This document shows positions 1-9,917 of a DNA stretch of 64,000 nucleotides, in pieces. Positions within the stretch are counted from its first letter, which is position 1, and each line of letters opens with the position of its first letter. The DNA is from Clostridiales bacterium (lineage in GTDB: Bacteria; Bacillota; Clostridia; Oscillospirales; CAG-272), in assembly GCA_012519315.1 (NCBI GenBank), contig JAAYQM010000100.1, positions 23,312 through 87,311 on the forward strand. The letters run 5' to 3'. Under the pieces are notes generated by a model. It ran no database searches. It saw nothing but the letters and a program-made list of their open reading frames with translations, and was not told where the DNA came from. A program made the translations under genes and the position numbers.

Positions 1-296
1 AAAAAGAGAACGATCCCTATCGGAATCCCGATCCGCTTTTTGTATTTCCGAAGATAAGGAAAAAGACCGTATCTCCCCTCGATATTAAAAACAATACCGG
101 CAGCGGCACAAATACGGGTCAAATGCGTAAGATCCCGTTCAAGGATAAAAAATGTAGTTCTGCCTGACTTTTTTTGAAATTTCCAGTTCACAATTTTATT
201 CTTCATAAAAAGATTTAAAAAGCTTTCGGCATTTTTTGCATCGCTCGTGATTTTGCAATAACCGAAAATACTGTTTAAAATACCGATTGGAAACAT
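1..296 (-). CDS. yqfD: Sporulation protein YqfD, N-terminal part (runs off the window edge)
   Basis: My own minus-strand translation from the ATG at 296-294 gives MFPIGILNSIFGYCKITSDAKNAESFLNLFMKNKIVNWKF.... This resembles a YqfD N-terminus. It starts 3 nt after the yqfC stop, which is the conserved yqfC-yqfD order. Confidence 0.6.
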   Translation of the reverse strand, partial: MFPIGILNSIFGYCKITSDAKNAESFLNLFMKNKIVNWKFQKKSGRTTFFILERDLTHLTRICAAAGIVFNIEGRYGLFPYLRKYKKRIGIPIGIVLF

Positions 297-299
297 ATC

Positions 300-593
300 T
301 TAAGTATCCCCCCAAAGCTTTAAATCAGTGATAACACCTTTAATTTCCACCGTTCCGTCAAGATATGTAATACATTCCAGACGGTCGCCGCATATATCGA
401 TATTGCGCCCTTTAAGCCGCAGTTTCACCAGCGAATGATCATATTCCAATATTTTTTCGCATCCGCTGATTAAGACCTCGGCATCGCCGTGCATCTCAAT
501 TCTAAAGCTGCTGGAAACGCCGTCAAAGGGCATATCTAAGGATTTGCTTATTTTGCGAGCCAAAATATTCTTTCTAAATCTCTTTTTCAACAT
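300..593 (-). CDS. yqfC: Sporulation protein YqfC (YabP/YqfC family)
   Basis: 97 aa with a YabP/YqfC-like pattern (FRIEMHGDAEVLISGCEKILEYDHSLVKLRLKGRNIDICGDRLEC). It lies directly upstream of the yqfD-like ORF. Confidence 0.8.
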   Translation of the reverse strand: MLKKRFRKNILARKISKSLDMPFDGVSSSFRIEMHGDAEVLISGCEKILEYDHSLVKLRLKGRNIDICGDRLECITYLDGTVEIKGVITDLKLWGDT

Positions 594-739
594 AGTTCTG
601 TCCGTGATTAGCTTTCAGCAGATCGGATGCTGAAACAATCGCTCCTTTTCATGTCGTTTTTCAGCGAAATAAAAACGGGCATATTAAGCCTCTCATGCTT
701 GTATATTTAGTATAGATTGCTATATTATATGAAAACGGA

Positions 740-1870
740 GTGATTAACATAACCACAGGCTGTAAGATTTCAAGAAAACGCAGACTGCTCTTATTTTTTC
801 CTATATTCCTCCTTGTGTTTATGCTGATAAATATTGATGTTGTTATTGACGGGGCAACGAAGGGTCTTGTTATCTGCACCCGGACGATTATTCCCTCCCT
901 CTTTCCCTTTATGGTGCTGTCCGAGATGATTACCGGCTCCGATATAGCAGAAATAATTGGACGTGGCGCCGGACGTCTTTTTACGCCTTTGTTTAAGATA
1001 TCCGGAACCGGTTTTTGCTCTTTTCTGTTGGGGGCGCTTTGCGGATTCCCCATCGGTGCAAGAAGTGCCGTTTCTCTCTATGAACAAGGAAAGCTCGGTC
1101 GTGAGGAGACCGAGCGTCTGATAGCATTTTCTAATCTGACAGGACCTGCCTTTATCATCGGGGGGATCGGATTCACCCTTTGGAAAAGCATCCCCTTCGG
1201 AGTTCTGCTCTACACTGTGCAAATCATATCGGCAATCATTGTCGGGCTGTTGCTTACCCTTACCGTGCCAAAAAAAGAGAGGTGTTACAATAAAAATCCG
1301 TTGGCATCCCCCCCTGCCAATCCCCCTTCCCTTTCCTGTTTAATTACAGAAGGTGTATCAAAAGCATCAATTTCGATATTGTCGGTATGCGGCTATGTTG
1401 TTTTTTTCTTGGTAATGTCCCGTGTCATCATCACTTCCTTGTCCGGCATAACCGAAAACTCAGTAATAATCAGTTTTGTTTATTCCCTGTTTGAAGTCGG
1501 CTCCGGCTCGGCGATGTCAGCGGCTGTAGGGGGGGAGGACATCGTCAAAGGTGCTGCCCTTGTTGCGTTTACTGTTGGATGGTCAGGGTTATCGGTGCAT
1601 TTTCAGACAATGCATTTTACCGGAGCGCACCAACTTTCACTAAAACGCTATTTCTACGGAAAGCTATTATCAGGCATTCTATCGGCATTCTTTGTCCTGT
1701 GCGCCATTATGATTTACCCTCGCCTGATACTCGACACCGCACCTTCAGCTACATTGCCGGTCATGACGCTACCCATGTCGCCCGCATTTACATATACTGT
1801 GAACATTCTTTTTGGAATCCTCCTGACAACAAAAATTATAAATATAATCTTTATCAAGAGGAACAAATAA
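740..1870 (+). CDS. ylbJ: Sporulation integral membrane protein YlbJ (nucleoside-recognition/gate domain)
   Basis: 376-aa polytopic membrane protein. The segment IIPSLFPFMVLSEMI...GFCSFLLGALCGFPIGA...FSNLTGPAFIIG is typical of YlbJ. The start is uncertain because the GTG at 740 abuts the GGAG. Confidence 0.75.
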   Translation: MINITTGCKISRKRRLLLFFPIFLLVFMLINIDVVIDGATKGLVICTRTIIPSLFPFMVLSEMITGSDIAEIIGRGAGRLFTPLFKISGTGFCSFLLGALCGFPIGARSAVSLYEQGKLGREETERLIAFSNLTGPAFIIGGIGFTLWKSIPFGVLLYTVQIISAIIVGLLLTLTVPKKERCYNKNPLASPPANPPSLSCLITEGVSKASISILSVCGYVVFFLVMSRVIITSLSGITENSVIISFVYSLFEVGSGSAMSAAVGGEDIVKGAALVAFTVGWSGLSVHFQTMHFTGAHQLSLKRYFYGKLLSGILSAFFVLCAIMIYPRLILDTAPSATLPVMTLPMSPAFTYTVNILFGILLTTKIINIIFIKRNK

Positions 1871-1913
1871 TTGGAAAAATACACCAATTAACAAAAATTT
1901 ACACTCTTCGCTA

Positions 1914-1942
1914 TTGAAAAGGAATGGGTTTTATGCTATAAT
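1914..1942 (+). promoter_or_regulatory. Sigma-A type promoter (TTGAAA-17 nt-TATAAT)
   Basis: TTGAAA at 1914-1919, a 17-nt spacer, and TATAAT at 1937-1942. It sits upstream of the small Cys-rich ORF. Confidence 0.5.
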
Positions 1943-2014
1943 AGCCCCGGAGATAAGGTGAAATTAACTACCCTGTCATCATCAAGGGTAAATTTTCGAG
2001 TAAGGAAGATAGAT

Positions 2015-2233
2015 ATGAAGTACAAAGACAGTGACAAAATCGAAATAGAACGCTGCTGCGCTTTTTGCGAGCGATCGGCTTCGTTGCGTGATCCGAACAA
2101 CGTTTTGTGCTCCAGCCGAGGAATTGTTTCGGTTAACTATATCTGCCGTAAATTTTCATACGATCCCCTTAAAAGAAGACCGCGTCGTTTATCGCATATT
2201 TTCATCCCGTCCGAGAATGAACTTAAATTGTAA
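2015..2233 (+). CDS. Small Cys-rich hypothetical protein (72 aa)
   Basis: ATG at 2015 is preceded by AAGGAAG with 6-nt spacing. The translation is MKYKDSDKIEIERCCAFCERS...ICRKFSYDP. It has its own promoter and terminator. I do not recognise a family. Confidence 0.5.
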   Translation: MKYKDSDKIEIERCCAFCERSASLRDPNNVLCSSRGIVSVNYICRKFSYDPLKRRPRRLSHIFIPSENELKL

Positions 2234-2238
2234 TATAT

Positions 2239-2270
2239 AAAGCCGGCACACAAACAGGTGCCGGTTTTAT
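2239..2270. terminator. Bidirectional rho-independent terminator
   Basis: CCGGCAC (2243-2249) pairs with GTGCCGG (2258-2264). The stem is flanked by an A-run and a T-run and lies between convergent genes. Confidence 0.7.
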
Positions 2271-2279
2271 ATATTCTGA

Positions 2280-3047
2280 TTATATTAGCACAATTTCGTT
2301 GCTGGAAAGGTAAGCCGTTTCAATAGACGGGTCTGCCTCCCACACAATTTCGGCAAAATAGCGGCAAATGATATCCTCAGTGTAAAAATGCCCTGCCTCA
2401 ATAATATTAATTCCGATTTCGGGAGCCTCAATCATCGTGTTGTAGCTGGCTCGTCCGGTGACAAAGGTATCGGCGCCGGCAGCCACCGCCGCCATGATAA
2501 AATCCTTACCGTCTCCCCCGAGAAGGGCCACCCGACTGACACTTTTTCCGCTATCGGCAAGGAGAACGGATGGGGAGCCGAGGCGCTCCTTTACCAGGGT
2601 CGCAAAATCATATAGTGACATCTGTGTCGAAATCTCTCCGATTCGTCCAATCATCTCATTCTCAACGCCAAAAGGCAACGGATTTATAATGCCGAGTATG
2701 CTTGCCAAACGATCGTTGACACCGCCCTGTACAGCATCAAGCCTTGTGTGAAAAGAGAGAACCGCAATATCATTTTGCATCAATCTGATGAGTTTGCCTG
2801 CCGTTATGTCGAAGGGATTCATCTGTGAGATCGGCTTGAATATTAAAGGATGGTGGGATATAATCATATCAAAACCGTTTTCGATTGCATAGTCAACGAC
2901 ACGACCTGTTACATCAAGGGTACAAAGAACACGCTTAACCTCGCGGTGGGGGTCCGAACAGCACATTAGTCCGTCGTTGTCCCAGGAAGCAGAGAGGGCT
3001 TGGGGAATCAGCCGATTGAACAATTCATACATTTGTAAAATAGTCAT
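2280..3047 (-). CDS. Nif3-like dinuclear metal centre protein (YqfO family)
   Basis: 255 aa. The ISHHPLIF motif and overall NIF3 pattern are present. It is adjacent to trmK, as in the B. subtilis yqfN-yqfO pair. Confidence 0.9.
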   Translation of the reverse strand: MTILQMYELFNRLIPQALSASWDNDGLMCCSDPHREVKRVLCTLDVTGRVVDYAIENGFDMIISHHPLIFKPISQMNPFDITAGKLIRLMQNDIAVLSFHTRLDAVQGGVNDRLASILGIINPLPFGVENEMIGRIGEISTQMSLYDFATLVKERLGSPSVLLADSGKSVSRVALLGGDGKDFIMAAVAAGADTFVTGRASYNTMIEAPEIGINIIEAGHFYTEDIICRYFAEIVWEADPSIETAYLSSNEIVLI

Positions 3048-3054
3048 AGTTCAG

Positions 3055-3783
3055 TTACTCTCCTTTTTTGAGAATAGATATCGACCGGTTTTCGTAAAGC
3101 CTGAGATAATCGCGCAATCTTGCTTGATCTGGGGTAACGTCGAGATTTGAGCGCATTTTTCCGTCAATGATCTTCTTTTGGGCAGATATTTTTCTCTCAA
3201 GCAGCTTGAGGAAAAGGGGGGTTCTGTTGGAATCTATATTGATTTTACCAAGCTCAAGCTCAAGATCGGAATAACGGCGGATATTGCCGTCATAATCGGC
3301 ACAAATGCAGTTGTATAGCTTGCCGTCGGTAAGGGCCAGCTTCTCTCCTGTGATATTGAAGCCGTGCTTAAGCAGATATTTTCTCACTTCATGGGGACGG
3401 GTCATAGGCTGCAAAATAAGCCTCATACCTCTTTTTTTTATAAAAGGTGCATCCTCAATAATAGCGCAGATAAGTTCCCCGCCCATGCCGCAAATGGCTC
3501 CATCGGTAATTCCGTAATCCTTGAGAGCGGAAAAACCGTCACAGAGCAGACATTTTATTTTATCGGACAAGCGGTATTTTTTCACGTTCTCAACAGCTCG
3601 TCGAAGGGGCTCATGATTGATATCGGTAGCAAAGGCAACCTCGACTTTTCTCTCAAGAATCAGATGAATCGGCAGGTAAGCATGGTCGGTTCCGATATCG
3701 GCAAAAACAGCACCTTCACGAACAAAGCTTGCGACGGCGCTTAATCGATCATCGAGTATGAGTTTTTCGCTAATTTCTGTCAC
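3055..3783 (-). CDS. trmK: tRNA (adenine22-N1)-methyltransferase TrmK
   Basis: 242 aa with the DIGTDHAYLPI motif characteristic of TrmK/YqfN. GTG start. Confidence 0.9.
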   Translation of the reverse strand: MTEISEKLILDDRLSAVASFVREGAVFADIGTDHAYLPIHLILERKVEVAFATDINHEPLRRAVENVKKYRLSDKIKCLLCDGFSALKDYGITDGAICGMGGELICAIIEDAPFIKKRGMRLILQPMTRPHEVRKYLLKHGFNITGEKLALTDGKLYNCICADYDGNIRRYSDLELELGKINIDSNRTPLFLKLLERKISAQKKIIDGKMRSNLDVTPDQARLRDYLRLYENRSISILKKGE

Positions 3784-3874
3784 CCCGTTTAGAAAGATGC
3801 CCTCCCGGTAAATTGGGAAGGCAAATTGCTGCTTTTAGTTCGGCACCAAGTAATAAAGGACGGGACAGACACGA

Positions 3875-4081
3875 TCATTTTTTATTTGATGCGATAAAAG
3901 TGTTTATTTTGTCAATAAGAGCGTCTGCATCGGTACCATGAACGGCGCAGGCTTCGGCAACCGTCTCCCCCCTTGATGCAGGACAGCCGAGACAATGCAT
4001 GCCGATCTCTAAAAAGAATTGAGCGGTCTCAGGATGCATGTCCAATATATCACCGATAATAAAATCCTTAGTAATCTTCAT
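3875..4081 (-). CDS. DUF1858 / hybrid-cluster-protein-associated redox disulfide domain protein
   Basis: 68 aa. The segment DMHPETAQFFLEIGMHCLGCPASRGETVAEACAVHG is typical of this family. Confidence 0.75.
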   Translation of the reverse strand: MKITKDFIIGDILDMHPETAQFFLEIGMHCLGCPASRGETVAEACAVHGTDADALIDKINTFIASNKK

Positions 4082-4441
4082 TATAACATCCTTCTTTCGA
4101 TATTTTATATATAATCATTATAATTCCCTTTTTGCAAATTGTCAACCGATATCAAATCAATTAGTAATTTGTTCATATTTATTTACATTTCGTCGCTTTT
4201 TTATGCTTGAAATAAGGGACAAAACCTTGTATGCTTATCATAAAAGCAGCTTTTTTATTAACCCTCTGTCACATCGGTTGATCTTGGCTTTCAAATGGTA
4301 CAAAAAAACTTTTTCACTCGCTTTTGCCCCGAACCGAAAAGGATGTCCAATATATCAGAAGTCTTCTTCTGAATGAATGATTGCTGCTTATCAACATTCT
4401 ATTTTGCAAATTTCAACACCAACAAAGTAAGGATGATTAAC

Positions 4442-4834
4442 ATGAATTTTTTAAGGCAATTTATGCATGGTCGCTACGGCTTTGATGCCCTCTCTAAACT
4501 GCTACTTATAATATCCCTTATCTTTTCCCTGCTTGTCTCCCTTTTTCGCTTGGAAATACTGGTCTTTTTCCCGCCGGTTCTTGTGTTTTTCGTCATTTAC
4601 AGGATGCTTTCCAAAAACATATATGCGCGGAAAAAGGAAAATGACCAGTATCTTAAAATAAAAAGCCGCTGTAAAAATTTCTTTATGCTACAGAAAAACA
4701 AATTCAGGGACAAAAAGACTCACAAATACTTCAGATGCGAAAAATGCAAAAACAGCTTGCGTGTGCCCCGAAACAAGGGCGATATACGAGTGAAGTGTCC
4801 CGTATGCAAAAACAGCTTTGACGCAAAAACCTAG
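4442..4834 (+). CDS. Membrane-anchored zinc-ribbon protein (hypothetical)
   Basis: ATG at 4442 lies 8 nt after TAAGGA. There are two predicted TM helices. The C-terminus carries CEKCKN...CPVCKN, a CxxC...CxxC ribbon. TAG stop. Confidence 0.5.
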   Translation: MNFLRQFMHGRYGFDALSKLLLIISLIFSLLVSLFRLEILVFFPPVLVFFVIYRMLSKNIYARKKENDQYLKIKSRCKNFFMLQKNKFRDKKTHKYFRCEKCKNSLRVPRNKGDIRVKCPVCKNSFDAKT

Positions 4835-4851
4835 GCTGTTTTTCCGGGGTA

Positions 4852-5523
4852 TCAATAAAGCCTTTTGATCAAGTTTTTATAATACCTCTGTATTTTGTGA
4901 GATTTAAAGCTCACAACACCGGGAACCGACCAATTGCCTATCTTAAACTTGACCCCGACATGCCGATAACCGAGAATTGCCGGTGGCAGCTTTGTTACAA
5001 TGTCGTTGCCGTTTTCGACCCGAATAGTGTTGAATACCCTTTTATTATAAGAACGGGCAAAGGCGGCGTTCCCTACCCGTGGGCAGCCAAAAATAACGAC
5101 CTCATAGTCTTTTTCAGGGAAATTATACTGCAAATCAACCGCACACAAAACAGCAAGCGCACCGCCGAGGGAATGACCGGTAATCTGTATGTTGCAAATA
5201 TCATCGGTAATGTATTTATGTATTTTCAAGCGCACGTCGTCGCTCTTGTATGCATTGATAAACCCGCTATGTACACGTATTTTTGATGATTTGTTATCAT
5301 AGGGTATCCGCTTTTTCCAAAAGCGCATATCAAGACGCCAATCGGCGTCCGAATCGGTTCCGCGAAAGGTTATGCGTAAAAAGGGCGGAAGAATTCCAAT
5401 ATAGCATTGTGTGCCGCTTATATCATTTATCTTTATAATTTCCCTTCCGTATGTGCAGCTTTTGATATCTTGATAGGCATTGCCTGAAAAGTCGATGGCA
5501 TTGATCAATCTTTTTCTAATCAT
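4852..5523 (-). CDS. Class 3 lipase family protein
   Basis: 223 aa. The nucleophile-elbow motif GHSLGGA is present (ITGHSLGGALAVLCA), and the surrounding pattern looks Lipase_3-like. Confidence 0.85.
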   Translation of the reverse strand: MIRKRLINAIDFSGNAYQDIKSCTYGREIIKINDISGTQCYIGILPPFLRITFRGTDSDADWRLDMRFWKKRIPYDNKSSKIRVHSGFINAYKSDDVRLKIHKYITDDICNIQITGHSLGGALAVLCAVDLQYNFPEKDYEVVIFGCPRVGNAAFARSYNKRVFNTIRVENGNDIVTKLPPAILGYRHVGVKFKIGNWSVPGVVSFKSHKIQRYYKNLIKRLY

Positions 5524-5654
5524 AAAAAAACCTGTCCTTTTTGTGTATTTTATGAACAGGGGCTAAATTAAAGTTTAATGGCGCATGATTATTATATGCA
5601 AGGGTCAGTTTTTTGACACAAAATGCATTCGGTCGGCGAATATTATGATAGCTC

Positions 5655-5684
5655 TTGCAATAGTGGAAGACTTTGTGATATAAT
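5655..5684 (+). promoter_or_regulatory. Sigma-A type promoter upstream of prfB
   Basis: TTGCAA at 5655-5660, an 18-nt spacer, and TATAAT at 5679-5684. Confidence 0.5.
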
Positions 5685-5785
5685 ACTTGAAAGTGTAGGA
5701 TTGACGATACTCCGCAGAGGGAGATCGTTTTCCTGATTTTTATAAAGCTTGAGACAAATTTTAACTTCGTTTAGGGGGATTTTAT

Positions 5786-6907
5786 TTGATAATTGCACTT
5801 GAAGAAGCAAGATATAAGCTGATAGAGTTGCGCAAGGTTCTCGAAGAGCTTGGCTTTGCCTTGAAAATTGACGAGCTTCACACGCGTGCAGCGGAGCTTG
5901 AGGCGCAAACCTATGCGGAGGATTTTTGGTCTGATCAGAGCAAATCCAGCAAAATACTTCAGAATTTAAAGCAAACCAAGGACAGAATAGAATCTTATGA
6001 CTTGCTGAACAGACGGCTTGAGGACGCATTGACGCTTGCCGAAATTGCTATTGAAGAAAATGACGAAAGCAGCGTTGACGAGGTTGTATCCGAGCTGGCA
6101 GAAATAGAAAAAGAGGCTGAGAGACAGCGTATTGAGATACTGCTTTCAGGCGAATATGATCAAAGCAATGCTATTTTATCCCTTCATCCCGGCGCCGGCG
6201 GCACCGAAGCGCAGGACTGGGCCCTTATGCTCTACCGAATGTACACTCGCTGGGGTGAGAGGCGGGGCTTCAAGGTGAAGCTGCTTGACTGGCTTGACGG
6301 AGAGGAAGCGGGTCTTAAAAGTGCTACCGTCCTATTCGAAGGAACTAATGCCTACGGCTATCTGAAGAGTGAAAACGGCGTACACCGCCTTGTCCGTGTT
6401 TCCCCGTTTGATTCGTCGGGCAGGAGACACACATCTTTTGCGTCGGTTGAGGTTATTCCCGAGCTTGAAGATGATGACAAAATCGAAATTAAGGATGACG
6501 AGCTGGAAATTACCGCTCATCGCTCCAGCGGCGCCGGCGGTCAGCATGTTAACAAGACCGATTCGGCTATAAGAATCGTTCATCTCCCTACCGGCATTGT
6601 TGTAGGCTGTCAGTCGGAGCGTAGCCAACTCCAAAACAAAGAAACGGCATTGAAAATGCTTCGCTCTAAATTGGCAGAAATCAAGGAACGAGAAAAGCTT
6701 GAAAAACTTGAGGATATCAAGGGTGTAAAAACCAATATTGAATGGGGCGCCCAAATCCGTTCCTATGTGTTCATGCCCTATACCCTTGTTAAGGATACCC
6801 GTACCGGCTATGAGGACGGAAATATCACCGCTGTTATGGATGGGGATATCGACGGGTTTATCAATGCGTATTTAAAATTAATTGCAAATAACAGTATTAA
6901 TGATTAA
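5786..6907 (+). CDS. prfB: Peptide chain release factor 2, encoded in a single frame with no programmed +1 frameshift
   Basis: 373 aa with the SPF tripeptide (VSPFDSSGRRHTSF) and GGQ motif (SGAGGQHVNKT). TTG start lies 6 nt (5780-5785) after AGGGGGA. The region equivalent to the usual frameshift site reads through in frame (ELGFALKIDELH). Confidence 0.95.
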   Translation: MIIALEEARYKLIELRKVLEELGFALKIDELHTRAAELEAQTYAEDFWSDQSKSSKILQNLKQTKDRIESYDLLNRRLEDALTLAEIAIEENDESSVDEVVSELAEIEKEAERQRIEILLSGEYDQSNAILSLHPGAGGTEAQDWALMLYRMYTRWGERRGFKVKLLDWLDGEEAGLKSATVLFEGTNAYGYLKSENGVHRLVRVSPFDSSGRRHTSFASVEVIPELEDDDKIEIKDDELEITAHRSSGAGGQHVNKTDSAIRIVHLPTGIVVGCQSERSQLQNKETALKMLRSKLAEIKEREKLEKLEDIKGVKTNIEWGAQIRSYVFMPYTLVKDTRTGYEDGNITAVMDGDIDGFINAYLKLIANNSIND

Positions 6908-6985
6908 TTATTTTCATAGTTAGGCATCATGATATTTAAATAGCTTAAATCCCTTTTCTTAATTATTATTAAAGGAGTGTTACCC

Positions 6986-7339
6986 ATGCTGAAAAAAATG
7001 AGATTGTATGTTGCGGTTTCTCTTATGGTTCAGTCCGTGACCTTAGCGTTACTCTTCCTTATTCTGTGGGCAAGGAAAAAAAGCATTTCACGGGCTATTC
7101 TCGCTCTTTCCGCTGCTCAAGGAGCTGCAAGTTTGTTCTTGTTCTGGCTTCATCTGCGTGATCCCGAAACTGAGATTTATGATAATAGAGACCTTGATTA
7201 CGACTTTTTCGATGATGACGATTTCGAGATTGACGAGTCAATCCTTTCCGCCTCCCTCCGTCGTGACGAAGAGGATAAATCCTCTGTCATCACCGAAATT
7301 CCGCGAGATGAGGATGCTTCCGAAGCCGATTTTCAGTAA
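6986..7339 (+). CDS. Small membrane protein with a highly acidic C-terminal tail (hypothetical)
   Basis: ATG at 6986 lies 8 nt after AGGAG. There are two TM helices followed by DLDYDFFDDDDFEIDE...EDASEADFQ. Confidence 0.45.
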   Translation: MLKKMRLYVAVSLMVQSVTLALLFLILWARKKSISRAILALSAAQGAASLFLFWLHLRDPETEIYDNRDLDYDFFDDDDFEIDESILSASLRRDEEDKSSVITEIPRDEDASEADFQ

Positions 7340-7383
7340 TCAACAGTCTGTATTTTCAACCCCACGATACTCTAAACGAATAA

Positions 7384-7428
7384 AAAGCCGTCAAACAGAT
7401 TTTTTACTGTTTACGGCTTTTATTTTTT
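7384..7428 (+). terminator. Rho-independent terminator
   Basis: AGCCGTCAAACAG (7386-7398) pairs with CTGTTTACGGCT (7407-7418) with one bulge. A T-run follows. Confidence 0.7.
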
Positions 7429-7437
7429 AAAAAATAC

Positions 7438-7467
7438 TTGACATATGAAAGCTTTATATGCTATACT
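7438..7467 (+). promoter_or_regulatory. Sigma-A type promoter of the ylxM-ffh operon
   Basis: TTGACA at 7438-7443, an 18-nt spacer, and TATACT at 7462-7467. Confidence 0.55.
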
Positions 7468-7520
7468 GTGTAAAGTGTTTTGCTTTACACTCTATCGATG
7501 ACTGTCGGATAGGTGATCAA

Positions 7521-7895
7521 ATGTTTGAAAAAAATTATAATATCAGCATTCTTTTGGACTTTTACGGCGAGATTCTCCCGAAGAATCAGCATGACATACT
7601 TGATTTATATTACAATGAGGATTTTTCCCTTGCCGAAATTGCGGAAAATCGCGGAATTTCCCGTCAAGGCGTAAGACATAATATTAAAAAAGGGGAAGAT
7701 CAGCTTCTTTTCTTTGAAAACAAACTCGGTCTTGCAAAGCGTTTTTCCGATCTGAAAAATACCTACAATGAGATCGCCGATATACTTAAAGCGACGCGAG
7801 ACGAGCTTCTCTCGGACGGCAGGAATCCCGGACTTGCCGATAAGCTTGATCGAGCCATAGCGCTTACAAAGCAGTCACTGCAAATAAATATATGA
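7521..7895 (+). CDS. ylxM: YlxM/UPF0122 putative DNA-binding protein (SRP operon)
   Basis: The translation MFEKNYNISILLDFYGEILPKNQHDILDLYYNEDFSLAEIAE.RGISRQGV matches the YlxM pattern. It is immediately upstream of ffh. AGGTGA precedes the ATG. Confidence 0.85.
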   Translation: MFEKNYNISILLDFYGEILPKNQHDILDLYYNEDFSLAEIAENRGISRQGVRHNIKKGEDQLLFFENKLGLAKRFSDLKNTYNEIADILKATRDELLSDGRNPGLADKLDRAIALTKQSLQINI

Positions 7896-7908
7896 GGATA
7901 AATTGCCT

Positions 7909-9252
7909 ATGTTTCAGAGTCTCACAGAAAAACTGACAAATGCTTTTAAGAAATTCAAAAACAAGGGCAAGCTCACCGAAGCGGAAATTAAAGAGGGCAT
8001 GCGGGAAATCAAGCTTGCTTTGCTTGAGGCAGATGTAAATTTTAAGGTTGTACGCGAATTTATCAAAGCTGTCAGTGCCCGTGCGGTGGGCGCCGAGGTG
8101 CTGGAAAGCCTTTTGCCGGCACAGCAGATTGTAAAAATTGTCAATGAAGAGCTTATCGCCCTGATGGGACGTGAAAATGCAAAGCTTGAGATTTCATCAA
8201 GACCCCCGACCGTCATCATGATGACCGGCTTGCAGGGGGCGGGCAAAACCACTCATGCAGGAAAAATAGCCAATCTTTATAAGAAAAGCGGAAAACGTCC
8301 CCTTCTTGTCGCCTGCGACATTTACCGTCCGGCAGCTATCCAGCAGCTTGAAATCATCGGCAAGCAGCTTGATATTCCGGTATTTTCAATGCCTGCCGGA
8401 ACATCTCCGGTAACCATTGCAAAAGCTGCCATCGACCATGCGAAAAAACACGGTCATGATATGGTATTCATCGACACCGCAGGACGTCTCCATATTGACG
8501 AGGTTCTCATGGGAGAGCTTAGTGATATCAAATCGGCAGTCACTCCTACCGAGATACTTCTTGTTGTCGACGCCATGACCGGACAGGATGCCGTCAATGT
8601 AGCAAAATCCTTCAACGATCTTTTGGATATCACAGGTGTCGTACTGACAAAAATGGACGGTGATACACGGGGTGGCGCCGCACTATCCGTTCGCTATATA
8701 ACCGGAAAGCCGATTAAATTTATCGGTATTGGCGAAAAGCTGGATACTATCGAGCCATTTCACCCGGAGCGCATGGCCTCCCGCATATTGGGCATGGGTG
8801 ATATTCTCACCCTGATTGAGAAGGCTGAACAATCTATCGACGAAAAGAAGGCAGCCGAGCTTGAGCGCAAAATGCGTGAGGCAGCCTTTACCCTTGAGGA
8901 TTATCTTGACCAACTGAAGCAACTGAAAAGCATGGGTAGCCTTGAGTCTATTCTCAGTATGATGCCCGGTGTTAAGCCGGGGGCCCTCAAGGATGCTAAA
9001 ATTGACGAAAAGCTGATGGCACGCACAGAGGCAATTATTTTGTCTATGACAAAGCGGGAGCGCGAAAAGCCGGATATTCTCAATTCTTCCCGTAAAAGAC
9101 GCATTGCCTCCGGTAGCGGAACCTCTGTTGAGGAGGTCAATCGTCTAATCAAGCAGTTTGAACAAATGAAAAAAATGATGAAACAGCTGACCGCTCAGGC
9201 AAGCGGACGAAAAATGCGCAAAATGAAGGGTCTTGGCGGCTTCGGATTTTGA
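7909..9252 (+). CDS. ffh: Signal recognition particle protein Ffh
   Basis: P-loop GLQGAGKTT and DTAGR are present, with a Met-rich M domain and C-terminus (MKKMMKQL...MRKMKG). Confidence 0.97.
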   Translation: MFQSLTEKLTNAFKKFKNKGKLTEAEIKEGMREIKLALLEADVNFKVVREFIKAVSARAVGAEVLESLLPAQQIVKIVNEELIALMGRENAKLEISSRPPTVIMMTGLQGAGKTTHAGKIANLYKKSGKRPLLVACDIYRPAAIQQLEIIGKQLDIPVFSMPAGTSPVTIAKAAIDHAKKHGHDMVFIDTAGRLHIDEVLMGELSDIKSAVTPTEILLVVDAMTGQDAVNVAKSFNDLLDITGVVLTKMDGDTRGGAALSVRYITGKPIKFIGIGEKLDTIEPFHPERMASRILGMGDILTLIEKAEQSIDEKKAAELERKMREAAFTLEDYLDQLKQLKSMGSLESILSMMPGVKPGALKDAKIDEKLMARTEAIILSMTKREREKPDILNSSRKRRIASGSGTSVEEVNRLIKQFEQMKKMMKQLTAQASGRKMRKMKGLGGFGF

Positions 9253-9381
9253 GAATACTCCACTTCTGCTAAAGCATTTCCCTTTTTAAATCAATTATAA
9301 TCTCCGATTTTGCCGAGTCTTATCCCGGCGATGCGGATTTTATAAATATAATTAAACAAAGAAACTTTTTGGAGGTTTTAC

Positions 9382-9627
9382 ATGGCAGTTAAAATTAGAC
9401 TTAGAAGAATGGGCGCGAAGAAAGCACCTTTTTATCGTATCGTTGTTGCTGATTCCCGTTCCCCCCGCGACGGCAGAGCCATTGAGGAGATTGGCTACTA
9501 CAACCCCTTAACCAATCCCGCCGATATTAAAATCGACGCCGAAAAGGCTCAAAAATGGCTTGAAAACGGTGCTCAGCCAACTGAAACGGTTCGTTCTCTG
9601 CTCAAAAAAAGCGGAATAATGAAATAA
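9382..9627 (+). CDS. rpsP: 30S ribosomal protein S16
   Basis: The translation begins [41 protein letters not shown]. Confidence 0.97.
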   Translation: MAVKIRLRRMGAKKAPFYRIVVADSRSPRDGRAIEEIGYYNPLTNPADIKIDAEKAQKWLENGAQPTETVRSLLKKSGIMK

Positions 9628-9677
9628 GCTTTTCCCGCTGCCTGAATTGAACAAATAAAAATAAGGAAGGTAGAGGC

Positions 9678-9917
9678 ATGTTGGTATTAAGTCAGGTTCT
9701 GACCGACATCGCACGTGCGATTGTCGACAATCCCGACAGCGTTAAAGTAACCGAATCAACCGACTCGGACGGCAACGTTTTGCTTGTTTTGAATGTTGCG
9801 CCTGAGGATGTGGGCATGGTTATCGGAAGACGCGGAAAAATAGCTAGGGCGATCCGCACGGTCGTTAAGGCTGCGGCAAATTCTGCCGGTAAAAAAGCAA
9901 CAGTGGAAATAAGATAG
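9678..9917 (+). CDS. KH domain RNA-binding protein (YlqC family)
   Basis: 79 aa containing VGMVIGRRGKIARAIRTV (GxxG KH motif). Its position after rpsP is the conserved one. TAG stop. Confidence 0.9.
   Translation: MLVLSQVLTDIARAIVDNPDSVKVTESTDSDGNVLLVLNVAPEDVGMVIGRRGKIARAIRTVVKAAANSAGKKATVEIR

Noticed and set aside
4141-4282. A 9-bp inverted repeat (TCAACCGAT ... ATCGGTTGA) spaced about 125 nt apart in the 4082-4441 intergenic region, considered as MITE termini.
   Set aside because: It is a single 9-bp match in an AT-rich region. There are no target-site duplication, no second copy in the window and no internal structure. It is compatible with chance.
5771-5792. AGGGGG followed by TTTGA just before prfB looked like the classical RF2 programmed +1 frameshift site (SD-like element plus CTT TGA C).
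   Set aside because: The TGA (5787-5789) is in the wrong register for a +1 shift into the long frame. The AGGGGGA is simply the SD for a TTG start at 5786. The full RF2 N-terminus, including the region equivalent to the shift site (ELGFALKIDELH), is encoded continuously in one frame.
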